Source: Glaucostegus cemiculus (taxonomy: Eukaryota). Taken from it: DNA of 64,000 nt. Positions 1 to 12,300 of this stretch are shown here, piece after piece. The stretch spans positions 1,426,001-1,490,000 of the forward strand of contig CDPCPM010000370.1 in NCBI GenBank assembly GCA_976551045.1. The letters are read 5' to 3'. The translations under genes and the position numbers were made by a program. Under the pieces are notes generated by a model. The model was not told the origin of the DNA, did no database searches, and was given only the letters and a program-made list of their open reading frames with translations. Numbering within the stretch: position 1 is the first letter of the stretch; every line of letters begins with the position of its first letter.

Positions 1-2869
1 AGTCAGTGATGTTGAGAAAACGCCCGACTGTCCTGCGCTATGAGCAAAATATCTCTCGCCTACTCGCCACGCGCAATTCAGACAGAATATTGTCTATCAG
101 AGATTGATATATGTTCCAATCTCTAACTGTAAACCTGCTGATTTTCTCAGCCTGAATGCCGCCAAATGAAGACCCTGCCTGGACTGAGTACAACACGCAT
201 CCTCAACGAGCAATAAATAAGAAGGTCGAACTGCAAGTCAAACTGCATCGAATAACTATGAAGAAGATAAATCGCTATCAGTTCAGGAGAGTGAAATCAG
301 ATTCTCCACCAGTAAGAAGTAGCGCGGAAACAAACAAGCACAGAGGTGTAAAATCGGCAAATAATCCGCGGAAACTGCCACTTTCAGATTTGTAGATTTC
401 TATTTATGATCCAATAATCTGAATGCGGCAGACTGGTTCGCTGGAAGCTGCGATATATTTGTAGAGACTGTCCTGAACATTCAGCAATATCCCTTCACTG
501 TCATTGGATGTGAACACCCACAGAATCACAATCCCTGGAAATATCAATACCCTGCAATTCACACCCATAAAAATTTGCTGCCGTGTCGCCGAACTCATGG
601 ACATACTGCGGGTTTAAGATTCAGGGGGTGAATAAATTAGAAGCTGTTAAACAAAGAACCGGTGACTAAAATCACATATTCAAATCAGGCAATTACTTCG
701 CTTCGAACAACAGTAACACTTCATGCAATTGAACGCAACATATACATGGACAGCTGTGTCAATTGAGATAACTTTGAATGTGTTCTCTCACCCTTGATAT
801 TTAGCAGAGTGAAGTTCTATCCGGTGAGAATCATGAGTGTCAAAAATCACAGAATCACAGAACACTCGAGCACAAAAACAGGTCTTTCGGCCCATCTGGT
901 CCTTGTCGATCTGAACAATATGCTTTCATTATGAATTAATATTCATACAGATAAACGGTTATGTCACATGGTCTAAGTTTAACATCTGTTTCAGACTTTG
1001 CAGTCTGAACATTGGAACATATTTGGTTATGAAAATATCAATCGTTAAGTCAATACATTATTCGTTTTAGAACGATATAATATAAAAATAATTTAACATG
1101 TCTTGAAACATTTATCTGCCTTCTTTCTAAATGCAAATCGATACTCTGTGATTCCGTTTCAACTTAATTTCAATCAATTGTCGAGTATTTTTCGTTTGAT
1201 ATATGCAGGTGTTGGTAACTAAAAATCTGGCGTGGTCAAATCGGTGAAGGCATCAAAAATTGGGAATGGCCGCAATTGTGGATTGTAGTTCTTGGCCATA
1301 ATTTGGGAGCGGCCAAAAATTTAGCTATCACAATTTTGTTCCAAAGCATCCCCAAGACTGTTGATCATACGAAGTGGATTCACAACATACGGACATTGAG
1401 TGGGAACTCCGTTTCTAGATGAATTATAACATGATACTTTACTCCCGTTATTTAGAAAGAAGTAATGCTTCGTTATATCCTGAGAGTAGCTGCAAGTAAA
1501 CACAGGAAATATCAATGGAAATTGGAGGGGAAAGTTTTATTCACATCATTTAGCAAGGGGGAGAGATTATCTCAGTGAAGATTAAAAGAACTCTCTCACT
1601 ATAATATGTAAACCAATATATATTATGCAATGCAACTGTCAGAAAACAGAAGTAGAGAATAAATTCTGAGATCACATTAATCCTTCTCAAATAAAGTGCA
1701 AGGCCTGTGTACAACATTTCAATGGGATGCACACAGTTTACATTTGATAACAATCAAAGGAAAAAATGATTTCATGTCAATGACGTTTTCTTATGTTTCG
1801 AAGAGGTGTGGAACTACCTCTAAAATGATGGATTGGTTACTTAACAGCAAATAAAAATATGTTACATCTTTTAATTTCCATTACAATAAATGCAAGGACA
1901 GTTGGGACCTGAGTGAAACCCCGCTCCATCCCACCCTCTATTTCCCCAATCCCATTATTCATGGAATAGTGGGAGACTATTGACATAACGTTGAAACAAC
2001 AGAAAAAAATGCATTTCTTGCATTGACAGAATACTGTAGTCTGATGACCAGAACGATGTTTAATGTTGCCAATCTGTTGATGATAGCCATCGGAAAGGGA
2101 GCAACATTTCACGTGTGAAAGATATCGAAATCCATGGATCAATAGTTGTAAATCAAATTTTCATTTCAATAAGTGAATGAATTCAAATGTCTTTAAATTA
2201 TATTTGCGTTCCGAAAACGGCACATTTTCTCGTCAGCCTATTAAAACAGAAAAAGCAGCCGACATTCAACCGTTCAGGCAGCATCTGGGGAAGAGAACCA
2301 GAGTTTAAATACTAAGCCGAAGACCCTGCGAAGAATAGCCCAGTTATTGGATCCTGAATCTGAATCATCAACATCGTTTGTCTTACTGCACATGCTGCCT
2401 GACCTTCTGAGTATTTGTAAAATGGACTTTTTACATTTCAGATTTCTACCATCTACAGTTTTATAAAATCTTCTTATTCAAACACAATCTTTTTTGGCTT
2501 TGTTCAAGTAATCTGATCTGGCATTTCGTAAAACAGCAACATGTGCTACCATTCAGATTCAACGATCGGAAGCCCCTGACAGCACCACAAATATAGAATA
2601 CATATTGTTTCTCGCAAACAATCACTAAACGATACCTCTGATGGGCGGAATCACATAACAGAAATTATAGAAATTATTTCACGAAAATCAGCTTGCAAAA
2701 ATCCCTCTGTACAATGTCCACCGAATCTGATTCACGTTGAACCAATCAAAGTTTAATTAACCCTGAATATTTAATGACAAATGGATTTGATTACATGGAC
2801 CATGATTAACAGATCGTGATTTCGTTGCATTGCAGTGAAATCGGTTCAATTCACTACTTCACAGCAATA

Positions 2870-3815
2870 CACAGAACATAGATCGTAGAACAGGACAGCA
2901 CAGGTAATGGCACTTCGGCCCACAATGTTTTGGCAAAATTATTAAACGAATAATTAAATGTCCAACTAAACTAGTCGCTTGTGCCTGCATATTGCCAATA
3001 TCCATCCATTCTCTGCTCACGTACCTATCGAAATGCCTTTCAAATGACCCTATCGGACTTGCCTCCACTACCACAACTGTCAGAGCATTCCAGGCACCCA
3101 CTTCCTTTGTGAAAAACTTGCCCCATATATCTCATTTGAACTTACACCCTTTCACCTGAAATGTATGCCCTCTAGTTTTAGACATTTGGAACCTGCGTGA
3201 ACGATGCAAGCTGTCTACTCTGATCTGCCTCTCATAATCTTCTAAATTACTATGAGTTCTCCCCTCAGCCTCCACCGCTCCAGATAAAACAACCCATGTT
3301 TGTCTAACCTCTCCTCATGACACATTCATTACTCCAGGCAGCATCATTAGAAACTTCTTTTCTGTCCTCTCCAATGCTTTGACATCCTTCCTAAAATACT
3401 CCATATGCGGCCAAACTAGAGTATTGTAAAGATGCAACTTAACTTCCCGACTCTTGAACACAGCACCCCGAGTGATAAAGGGCAGCATGTCATATGCCTT
3501 TTTAATACCAGACTATTAACCTGTGCAGTCAATTTAAGGGGGCTCTGGACTTGGACCCCCAAGGACACTCTGTACATCAGCACTGTTGAGGACATTGCCA
3601 TTACCAGTGTGCTGTCTCTTTTATGTGTGATTCCGCCAGAGTGCAGCAGCTCACATTTGGCAGCTCACATCTGCCGTTTATCCTCCCATACGTGCAGCTT
3701 ATCTATATCCCGCTGTACCCTTTGGCAGTCTGCAACGCAATCACAAAACCACCCACCTTTGTATCGTCGTCGAATTTTGCATAACTATCTATCCCTATTT
3801 TCTTCAAGGTTATCA
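2870..3815 (-). mobile_element. Decayed CR1-type LINE 3' fragment in the J-C intron of cluster A
   Basis: AGAACATAG-type tail at about 2871. The sequence resembles the other decayed copies at 35.9-36.7, 42.7-43.7 and 49.8-50.6 kb. No intact ORF. Confidence 0.6.
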
Positions 3816-4421
3816 ATGCAAATTCAAATTATGTAAGTCTGCAACTCTCCCCAATTCGTGATCCTTGTATGTTTGCCGTTTTTTTAAAATAAGTAAATCT
3901 TGCTTTTCCATGCAAGCTAACCTGGGGATGGGATAAGTGGGTGCCAATGCGATTCCACGAATTAACACGTATTCAAAACCGTGACTGTGTTTCACTCAAA
4001 ATTCACGTATTCTTGCTCCACTTCACTAACTGAACACTTATCAAAAACAGAATGTATAAACTAGGTATGTTGTTTGTTACGGAAAAGAGTCCAATTTTTC
4101 CTATGTTCAGGATTGCAATAGTGTCCAACAATTTAAAAGCATCAATGCATTCAAAGGAACGAGGCTACACATTTTCCTGAGCAAATAAACACGAAATCAC
4201 ACGTGTCACAGACCCTGTGCATCTGAAGCACTTATCTCGAAGAAGAGTTTAATTCACGAATACATAAATGCAGTCGAATCACAAAACACTTTTCAAAACA
4301 ACATTACAATGGAATTGCACTGAAAACAACATTGAAACACAAGGACTTATTTCCAAAATAGCCCGAGAGATGGAGTAAAACCACAGTTGGTACAACTGTT
4401 CAATAAAGACCAGTTTCTTAC

Positions 4422-4463
4422 CGTCAGTCACCGTCACCATGGTGCCCCGTCCCCACTATGTGT
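4422..4463 (-). other. IGHJ: IgH joining segment of cluster A, short, with in-frame TAG before WGxG
   Basis: Minus strand reads ac aca TAG tgg gga cgg ggc acc atg gtg acg gtg act gac g|gtaag (WGRGTMVTVTD, phase-1 donor at 4421). Confidence 0.93.
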
Positions 4464-4502
4464 CACGGTGTTACATTCTATGGACTGCATCACACAATAA
4501 CA
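4464..4502 (+). other. 23-bp-spacer RSS of J (cluster A)
   Basis: CACGGTG (4464-4470), 23-nt spacer, ACAATAACA (4494-4502). Confidence 0.9.
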
Positions 4503-4829
4503 AGATTTGTAAACTGCAGGCAAAAACCTAGCATTGGTGTAAATGCACATATTTCAAAACGACTGTGAAACAGACATTGGTCTTTATAAACGAATAATAT
4601 GTTAAAATAGCGTTTCAACGGACACCAAATGCCATGATACTGTACATCAGACATGTTTGCAACGTTGCGATTATTGTTAATTTATTGGTAAATGATGAAT
4701 GACTCTTCGTGATGCATACGCTAAATTGTTCTGAGGCCGTGCTGGGCATAATTAGGACTTCACTATATAAGTAATTGGATCGTCATATAGATATTGACCC
4801 AAAAAAAAGTAATTGACGGCTGAGGAGTT

Positions 4830-4896
4830 ATTTTTTCTATTGAAGTGAACCGCTGTGCCATCCGTATGCACAGTGAGACAAGCCATGTCAAATACC
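4830..4896 (-). other. IGHD: IgH D2 segment (4858-4868, CATACGGATGG) with 12/12 RSSs
   Basis: V-side RSS on +: CACAGTG 4869-4875, 12 nt, TCAAATACC. J-side RSS on -: CACAGCG 4857-4851, 12 nt, AGAAAAAAT. Confidence 0.88.
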
Positions 4897-5209
4897 ACGC
4901 AGGTTTGTTTGATGCAGAATGGTGAGTTTGAATTCCACCTGCCCCTAAGAATCCTCATCCAGGCATCAGAGATCAGCTGACGGAGTACACCAGTGGCATA
5001 TATCGCTGTGCATTGCTCACTGACACATACGAAGCGAAATGTTGTTCCTTACAGGCACATATAAATCGACAAAAAATATGTGAAGTACGGATATAATTCG
5101 TTTTAACTGATCTATGTAACTCCAGATAATTAACATTTCTGCGAATCGCTTTCCTCAACCTTTCCTGCTGTGCGGGCAAGGTCAAGCAGGAGAAAACCAG
5201 TTGACGGTT

Positions 5210-5296
5210 TTTTTTTGTCCGGGGAGCTCTATGTTTGCTGCACCGTGTCTGATGTCCCACTGTCGTACCACAGTGAAGCAGAACCGAACAAAAACG
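5210..5296 (-). other. IGHD: IgH D1 segment (5248-5268, GTACGACAGTGGGACATCAGA) with 12/22 RSSs
   Basis: V-side RSS on +: CACAGTG 5269-5275, 12 nt, ACAAAAACG. J-side RSS on -: CACGGTG 5247-5241, 22 nt, ACAAAAAAA. This is the usual elasmobranch V-D1-D2-J layout. Confidence 0.88.
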
Positions 5297-5643
5297 ACAC
5301 AAACTGCTCAGGGTTATAGCTCAATTAAAATTGACATCACAGATGTTTCAAAATGATCCATCAGTTCATAACGAACATAGAAAATGAACACAAACCTCAT
5401 CACCTCTCTGAATATACCGTTCGTATTGAACAGGGCAAGGTATCCTGAGCTTGAATTGTAAATATAGGTGGTGGAAAACGGAAGGAAACGAACACATATC
5501 ATATCCGTGCACTGGATAGTATATGGAATGTCGTGTTAAGTTATTGAAAGGTGGTTTGTGCTCCGTTTTCAGAATGTTACCATTGTTTTAAATAATTACT
5601 CACTGTCAGTTTATGATTGAACGCTTTGGTCTTACCATCAAGC

Positions 5644-5682
5644 TATTCCTGTCCAGGTCCAGCCCCGCACTTTGTCATCGTG
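5644..5682 (-). other. Non-canonical 23-bp-spacer RSS of V (cluster A)
   Basis: CACGATG, 23 nt, ACAGGAATA directly after YYCGRY. Confidence 0.8.
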
Positions 5683-5987
5683 GTACCTCCCACAGTAATA
5701 GACAGCGGTGTCTTCAGACTTCAAGTCATTAATTTGCAGGGCGAAGATGCTGTTTGAAGTGTCTTTGGACGGAGTAAATCTGTTCTGGTATCCCGGGGCG
5801 AAGGTGTTGCTCGATGCACTTTTATATTCCATCATCCACTCCAGCCCCCGCCCGGGGACCTGGCGGACCCAGTTCATCCAGTTGTCATTAAGATCGAACC
5901 CGCTGGTTTTACACGTCAGTCTGATAGTGGATCCGGGTTTGGCGGTCTCTGCCTCAGGCTGAGTCAGCACAATATCAGAATGGACAC
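5683..5987 (-). CDS. IGHV: IgH variable exon of cluster A, intact, elasmobranch IgM VH type
   Basis: Acceptor tttcag|gt at 5988. [30 protein letters not shown]...[12 protein letters not shown]...RFTPSKD...[13 protein letters not shown], with both canonical Cys and the FR2 Trp present. Confidence 0.97.
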
Positions 5988-6156
5988 CTGAAAGTTGAAT
6001 AAAAAAGACAAAACTTTTGAGGATTAATCTTGGGACAATAGTTCCTAGGGGGGAGGGGGAGAGGGAGAGAAGGGGGGCTGGAGGGGAAGGGAGAGAGAGA
6101 CCTTAGAAACAAGTTGGTCAGTGACCTTGAGAATGTTATCCAGCAAAATCACTCAC

Positions 6157-6202
6157 GGGATATGAAAGCCAAAAATATGCCCAATGATGTCAACGACTTC
6201 AT
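6157..6202 (-). CDS. IGHV: IgH leader exon of cluster A (MKSLTSLGIFLAFIS)
   Basis: ATG at 6202, 46-nt hydrophobic exon, phase-1 donor c|gtgagt in frame with the V exon. Confidence 0.93.
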
Positions 6203-6279
6203 CCTGCTGGAAAACGAGGATTGTTTCTGTGCAGAATATTGCAACAAACCGACTGCGGGGAAGGTTGATTGTGGACCCC

Positions 6280-6345
6280 GTGAAAATGGTTTAAATACTT
6301 GGCTGAAGGGTACGTGGTTATAGCCGGCGTCTGCAGATTGGGCGC
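6280..6345 (-). promoter_or_regulatory. Probable VH core promoter with TATA-like and CCAAT-like motifs
   Basis: Minus-strand TATTTAAA about 90 nt upstream of the ATG and CCAATC at about 6340. The region is homologous to 55.38-55.46 kb. Confidence 0.4.
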
Positions 6346-8367
6346 AACAGTTCCCGGAGCTAAATTGCCCCTCCCACATCGCAGCAACATTGAGACATTC
6401 CTTGATACTTAGCAACTTGTGCAGATGGACTGTACATCTCTGCACTTAACATTAGCAGGGACCCACTGCTCCTTTCACGAAGTGTCATCATTGCCATCAT
6501 CGTTATCGTTATCAACCAGGGCACATGCAGATGTCACAGAGTATCAGAATAAAAATTATGATTCAGAAGTAGCTCATGTTCGGTCCATTGCCCTGCTCCC
6601 GGGAGCCCACATTTGAGTACGATTGTTAATGAAACCGATTCAGAGCAAAACACAATGAACAGTGGCAGATAGTCAATGATGGAAAATCCCTTGGTTGATA
6701 ATGGGCACGCAGACAAGAAAGAAAACAAAACAGAAAGAGTTGCTTCCAGTCAGTTCCACATCATGTTATTATTTTCGTGATCCATGTATCTTCAAACGTT
6801 TTGGCTCTGGGAGGGTGTTGCAGTTTGCAAATTCGTTATATCCCTTTGTTTGACCTTCCTGAGTTAGTTGGTATCATAGTTAATAAGACGACAAATGGTT
6901 CGATTGAATTTCGCTGTTTCTATTGCGCAATAATGTGCTTACAATTATTCAAATTCATTCTCTCTGTCGCAGAACGCTAGACATTGATAATATGTTGAAA
7001 TGCTGCTGAAGAAATACTACGGATTAAATAGATGTCAAAGATTCCGCTTCAATTGTGTCAACCCACTTTACATGAAAATTGGCAGCAAATCAATGACTTG
7101 TGTGATCTCAGCTCTAGAAATATACAGCAGTTACAGGAAACATATAGAGTTCGGTTAGAAAAAAACAAGACCTGCAAAATTCTTTGGCGAAAAGCCAGGT
7201 CAAACCGTAACAAGGTCTAATTCAATCAAATCTACAAAGCGAGATGCATGGATATGTTTCCATTGTCCACATCTGTTAAACTGCTTGATAATCCCAGGAT
7301 GAAAAGAGCATGACACAGGCCCACAGCTGCTGACGGAAGTAACTGGACTATATGACCAGCATTCACATGAACAGATGGGAACAGGTAGAGACACAAGGGC
7401 ATACCGAAACATAGAGAGGAACAAAGATTGACTTATTGATTGACAGATTGATAGATTGATCTAAATGCCCCATCCGCCTTCGCAGCTTTAATGTCTGTCA
7501 AGTTGATACACACACCTACTGCTCCGCCACACTCTTCCCCTCCCCACGCTGCATCGGCAGTGGTGAATATCAATATCCGTTGTTCCACCCATACTCGAGT
7601 CCTGCCCAGTCTAATGTCCAGAGAGCTTGCAGTGATGATCTGCAGGAGAAATTAAAACAAATGAAAATACAAATTAATGATTGATAGTTTACTGACGCCT
7701 CGGAAGGAGATAACTGAGTAAAAAGGTGAAGGAGTGAGGCAATTCAGTTCTGTAGCGTGACGACTGGTGTTTGGTCCACCATTACTGAATACTAAAGAGA
7801 ATATTAACGTTCAGCATTAGGAAGATTTCCAATAATGTTCACGGTCAGATGGTGCTTCCATTGGCAGAAAATTCTGTAAAATGAGGAGAGTCAATCAACA
7901 TACTTCACAAAATTCTGAAGGGTAATGTGGGTGCTGGGCAGCGTGCTTTAATGATTTGGATTTCACTGGCTAAGAGGACGGTCCGGGCGAATCCTACAGA
8001 ATTATGTAAAGATGAAAAATGGGAAAAGGAACAACTGGCCTGGTTGTGACGAAAACACTGAGGAATGGGGAAAACGTACAACTCCTTAAAGAGCAGGAAA
8101 GAGTCTCATAAAATTCCCCTACGTTCTGTAATTTCATTAATCTGTGACGTGCATTTCAATTTATCAGTTGATGTTAGCATGTTCTTTTTGAAGTTGTCAT
8201 TTGTTGCTTTGATATGCAGACACGGGATTCCACTGACACCAAACATTGTTATCCTGAAGGTTGGAATATATTTTTCCTCTGATTGTATCCAACATTTCAG
8301 GAAAACATTGACCAAAATGAACAGGGATACAATCTTTGTTTATTTGGCAAAACGAAGAGAATAAAGG

Positions 8368-8369
<2 letters not shown>

Positions 8370-8405
<36 letters not shown>

Positions 8406-8418
8406 TATATATATATAT
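8370..8418. repeat. (AT)n microsatellite
   Basis: Direct reading. Confidence 0.95.
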
Positions 8419-8955
8419 CACCGAAGGCAGCTGCATAGGGATTTGCATTTCTCTCTCGTTATTTCTGTCTGAGGTGTTCGGGAAATATTGATTCTATTTT
8501 TGAACTTCAGTGAACTAATCTAGGCCTGGAGCTGGTGAATTCAGTGCGTACGTAAATTAACTCATCAGTGTTTCCTCCCTGTTTTCAGAACATTTGAAAC
8601 AGGTCAGTGAAGGCACGTCGATTAGACTCAGCCCGGAACATATGTATTTTCCATGCACTTACAGTTGGTACAAAACGAACTGAATTCTCTCGGAGATAAA
8701 ATTTTATATTTAATTAAGTAAAATTGATGTCATTTGCCAAAAGACAGAAGGTTTAAAGTAACAAATCAATTCTGAATAGCCTGCAGTTGAAAGAAATCAG
8801 ACATTTCTGAATGTACCGAAATTAATATCCACTTACAGGAAGGTTTTGCAGATGTGGACTGAATGAGAGCCGACATGAGCAGAGAGGCCGCGGCCCCTTC
8901 GATATGTCGAGACACACAGAGAGAAACACACAGTCAGGCGTGCGCGCGCACACAG

Positions 8956-8959
<4 letters not shown>

Positions 8960-9011
<52 letters not shown>
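8960..9011. repeat. (CA)n microsatellite
   Basis: Direct reading. Confidence 0.95.
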
Positions 9012-9014
<3 letters not shown>

Positions 9015-9379
9015 GTATCTATGTCTCTCGCTCTCCTCTGCATTCCCCCTTTCTGAAGTACACGCCATATCTTTCTATCCATGTGTGAAGACCGCTCTTT
9101 GCCTCTACATTGGTGATCACTGGCACTGAATAAAAAAAAACACGCTTTGACTCCAACCATTCCACTGGGCCCTGCCTAGTACATTGCACAAGAGAGCTAG
9201 TCGCAAAGCGTGGTCTTTCCTCTATGTACCTAAAATTGCGCACTGCTTCTTTTAATATTGCAATCCACCCTGTGACGGTCCATATCACAGGAACTCGGAA
9301 CTGCGGTTCCACAGTGTTTAACCAAATTTGGGAGGGAAATGGGACTCAAGACTGATATACTTTCGTGGGAGTAAGGAAC

Positions 9380-12300
9380 CAGTTCAATTAAATACGTAGG
9401 AAAACGAAGTCAAATCGGCGTGGATGATTAACCTCGACATGAGAGGGGATGTTGGGGAAACACACGGCGAAACGTCATATATTGCATAATAAAGGCGTCT
9501 GTCTGGGAATGCAGATAATCATTGAGCATTTATCAGCACAAAGGAATAGAATTATGCGGCTTTTCAGTGATATGTTTGACATAAATTCAGAATTCGCCAG
9601 TCATCAAACTGAGTAATGAGACATTCCATTGTGTCTTAGTGCTTTAAGACTGCCGGTGGCAGTTTAATATTCATTAAGGGGATCATTATTGTGGTAATAA
9701 GGGAGAACATCCTGTAAGGATTTTCAAATGAGCCGAATGGGCACAGATAAGGAACAAAAGGGGAATGAATATTTTACCGAGGGACAGAACAGGCCTTGTT
9801 GCATTGTGCAGGATATAGAATTGCAGATAGATAGGCATATCATAGAGCCATTTTAAAGTAACAGAGTAACACTAGCTGGGCCCATCCGGCCCAAGACAAA
9901 CTGCGATCTCTTCAGTGTGAGATTCCGAGAGGGAATGGGATTTTTATATAGCTTTCAGAAGATATTTTTGCGCCAGTGTGTTGATAGACTACCAGAGTAG
10001 GGACAGAACTGGACACTGTCCTAAGGAACGCAACCGATAATAAAGTGTCGCTGCGGGAACATTTTGGAGTCAATATCCACAACTCATTACATTTCAAGGT
10101 GGTTGTCGGAAGTGATCAGTATGATTCGGAGATGGAAGTTCTGAATTACCCGAAGGTTCATGACAATATCTTGAGTGAGGACGTGACAAAGGACTACTGG
10201 AGGAATTACTTGCAGAGAGGGTTACATCTGACATTGGAGTCATTTTAAAGAGAAGCTGTGAAAATTCAGGGTTAAGATCTGCCAACAACTGCGAAAGCTA
10301 AAGAAAGGAACTCCATGGTACACTGCATGTTAAGGGGTGTCGTGGATCGGATACAAAAGAAAGTCAGGCAAGTATGTCAGAGTTGTCGAGAATTTGCAAC
10401 TGGGAGTCACTTCCGTAATAGGAAAGGTGTCGGGTGTGTTCTTAAAAAGAAGCTGGGACGAGAAAGAAGCCACGAGCAGCGTCACTGGTGGACAAAATTA
10501 AAGGAAGTCCCAAAGCATTAGAAAGGATATTGAATGCAAGAGCGTAACCAAGAACAAAATAAGATCCTTAGTACAAGAAAATCTTTCTTTGCTGATCCAC
10601 ATTAGCCCCTGTTTAATGTCCGCCAAACCATATTCATATTTATGATTGCACAGTGCCGTGTCTTTTTAGGTATCAAAATTTGACTGAAATCTCGAAATGT
10701 TGTACTGGATGCGTGGTAAAGTAATATTCAGTAAATGCTTTGGTGGGTCCCAAAACAATAGTGTAATAGGTAACAGGTTGAAGAAATTATGCAGTGTTTA
10801 AGAAGAACAAGTCCATTAGCAAGGTCAGGCTGTTGCATGGCAGGAATAGGAGAAGGTTTCTTACCCAACCCGAATTTAGTTTGACACTGGATGCTTGACA
10901 GGACAGGGAGATTAACTCGGGGCATGGATCTGTTTTTGTGAATATGATATGACGTCTATTACAGAACATGGTCGATGGATGGTCAGGACAGGCAACTCAA
11001 TGTCCTGGGGTACAAATGCTTCCGGTATGAGAGGTGAGGTAAGAGATGATGAGGTGAGGTGGATTAGAACATTGAATTGGAAGAACGTCATAGCAGCACC
11101 AAGAAAGCATATTCCAGGGGAAATGTCCAGCAAGGTTACGTAAGTCCAATTTAGAAATATGAAAGGGTTGGTCACTTTGATGTGATAATACAACAGCCTC
11201 TCAGCCCCCAGTAACTAATGTCCATAAGTTCCTAACATGCACGTCTTTGGAATGCAGGAGGAAACCGGAGCACCCAGTGCAAACCCACACAGACACGTAC
11301 AACGTATAAACGTACGAGAACGTACAAACTCCTTGCCGACTGTGGGCGGATTTGAACCCGGGTCGCTGGCTCTGTAAGCAGTATGCAAACCAATATGCTA
11401 CCGGCCCTGTATCTACCGGCACTACGATAAAAGGTGAATTTAACTTTCATAGTATTGACTTGGAATGCCATACTATTATTTAACGGGAAGAACCAAATTT
11501 TATTCGGTGTGCATGAGAAGCGTTTCGGAAGACCGTCCTTCTGGAAAAGGGGCCTCATGGAGGCCTTCTGTTCGGAAATAAAACTGGGAAAGTTGCTGAA
11601 ATGTGAGTGGGAGTGCACGCTGGGACCAGTGATTACAAATTCTATTTGATTGAAGATAATTCTGTGTCAGGATAGGACTGGTCCACGAGTTTAAGTCCCA
11701 AATGGATGCAAATGTAACTTCGATGGCATTGGAGAGAAAGTTGAAAAAGTTAGTTGGGGAACGTTGTTGGCAGGTAATGGTACATCTGACAAGAGGGAGG
11801 CTTTGAATGGTGAGCCTGGAATATTTCTGTTTGAGTGGAGAAGGCTGTCGGAGAACATTGGCTAATGAGGAATCTTTTGGCTCTGGACAAGAGGAAAGAA
11901 GGAACCGCATGTCAGCTGTTGGCATCTGGGATTAAGAGAATCGGCTGAGTGGTATAAGGGATGTAAGAATACATTTAAGTCGGAAATTAATATGGCTAAT
12001 ACAAGCAGGAAATATCGTTAGCAGAAAAGGTAAAATAAAATCTTAATAGATTATCTGAATCTTAAAAGCAAAAGTATAAGCACGAAGTGCCTTTGTCCAC
12101 TTGAGTCGCAGTGTGGAGATAGAGGTGAGGTCTTCAATGAACATTTCTGTCTGTACTTACTCTGAAGAATATTATGTAAGTTCCTGACTTCAGGAAAGAA
12201 AACAATGATGTCGGAAAACATATCGACATTAAGAAGGCGGGGATGTTGGCGTTCCTGAAGCATATAAAGGTGAGTAAACCCCTGGCGTCTGACCAGGTGT

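Noticed and set aside
1131-1138. ATGCAAAT octamer in the cluster A J-C intron as an intronic enhancer
   Set aside because: No conserved counterpart seen in the cluster B intron, and octamers occur repeatedly by chance in this AT-rich window.
7515-7880. Exon-like segments upstream of the cluster A leader, also present near 57.2-57.5 kb
   Set aside because: Reading frames and splice sites are not conserved between the two copies.
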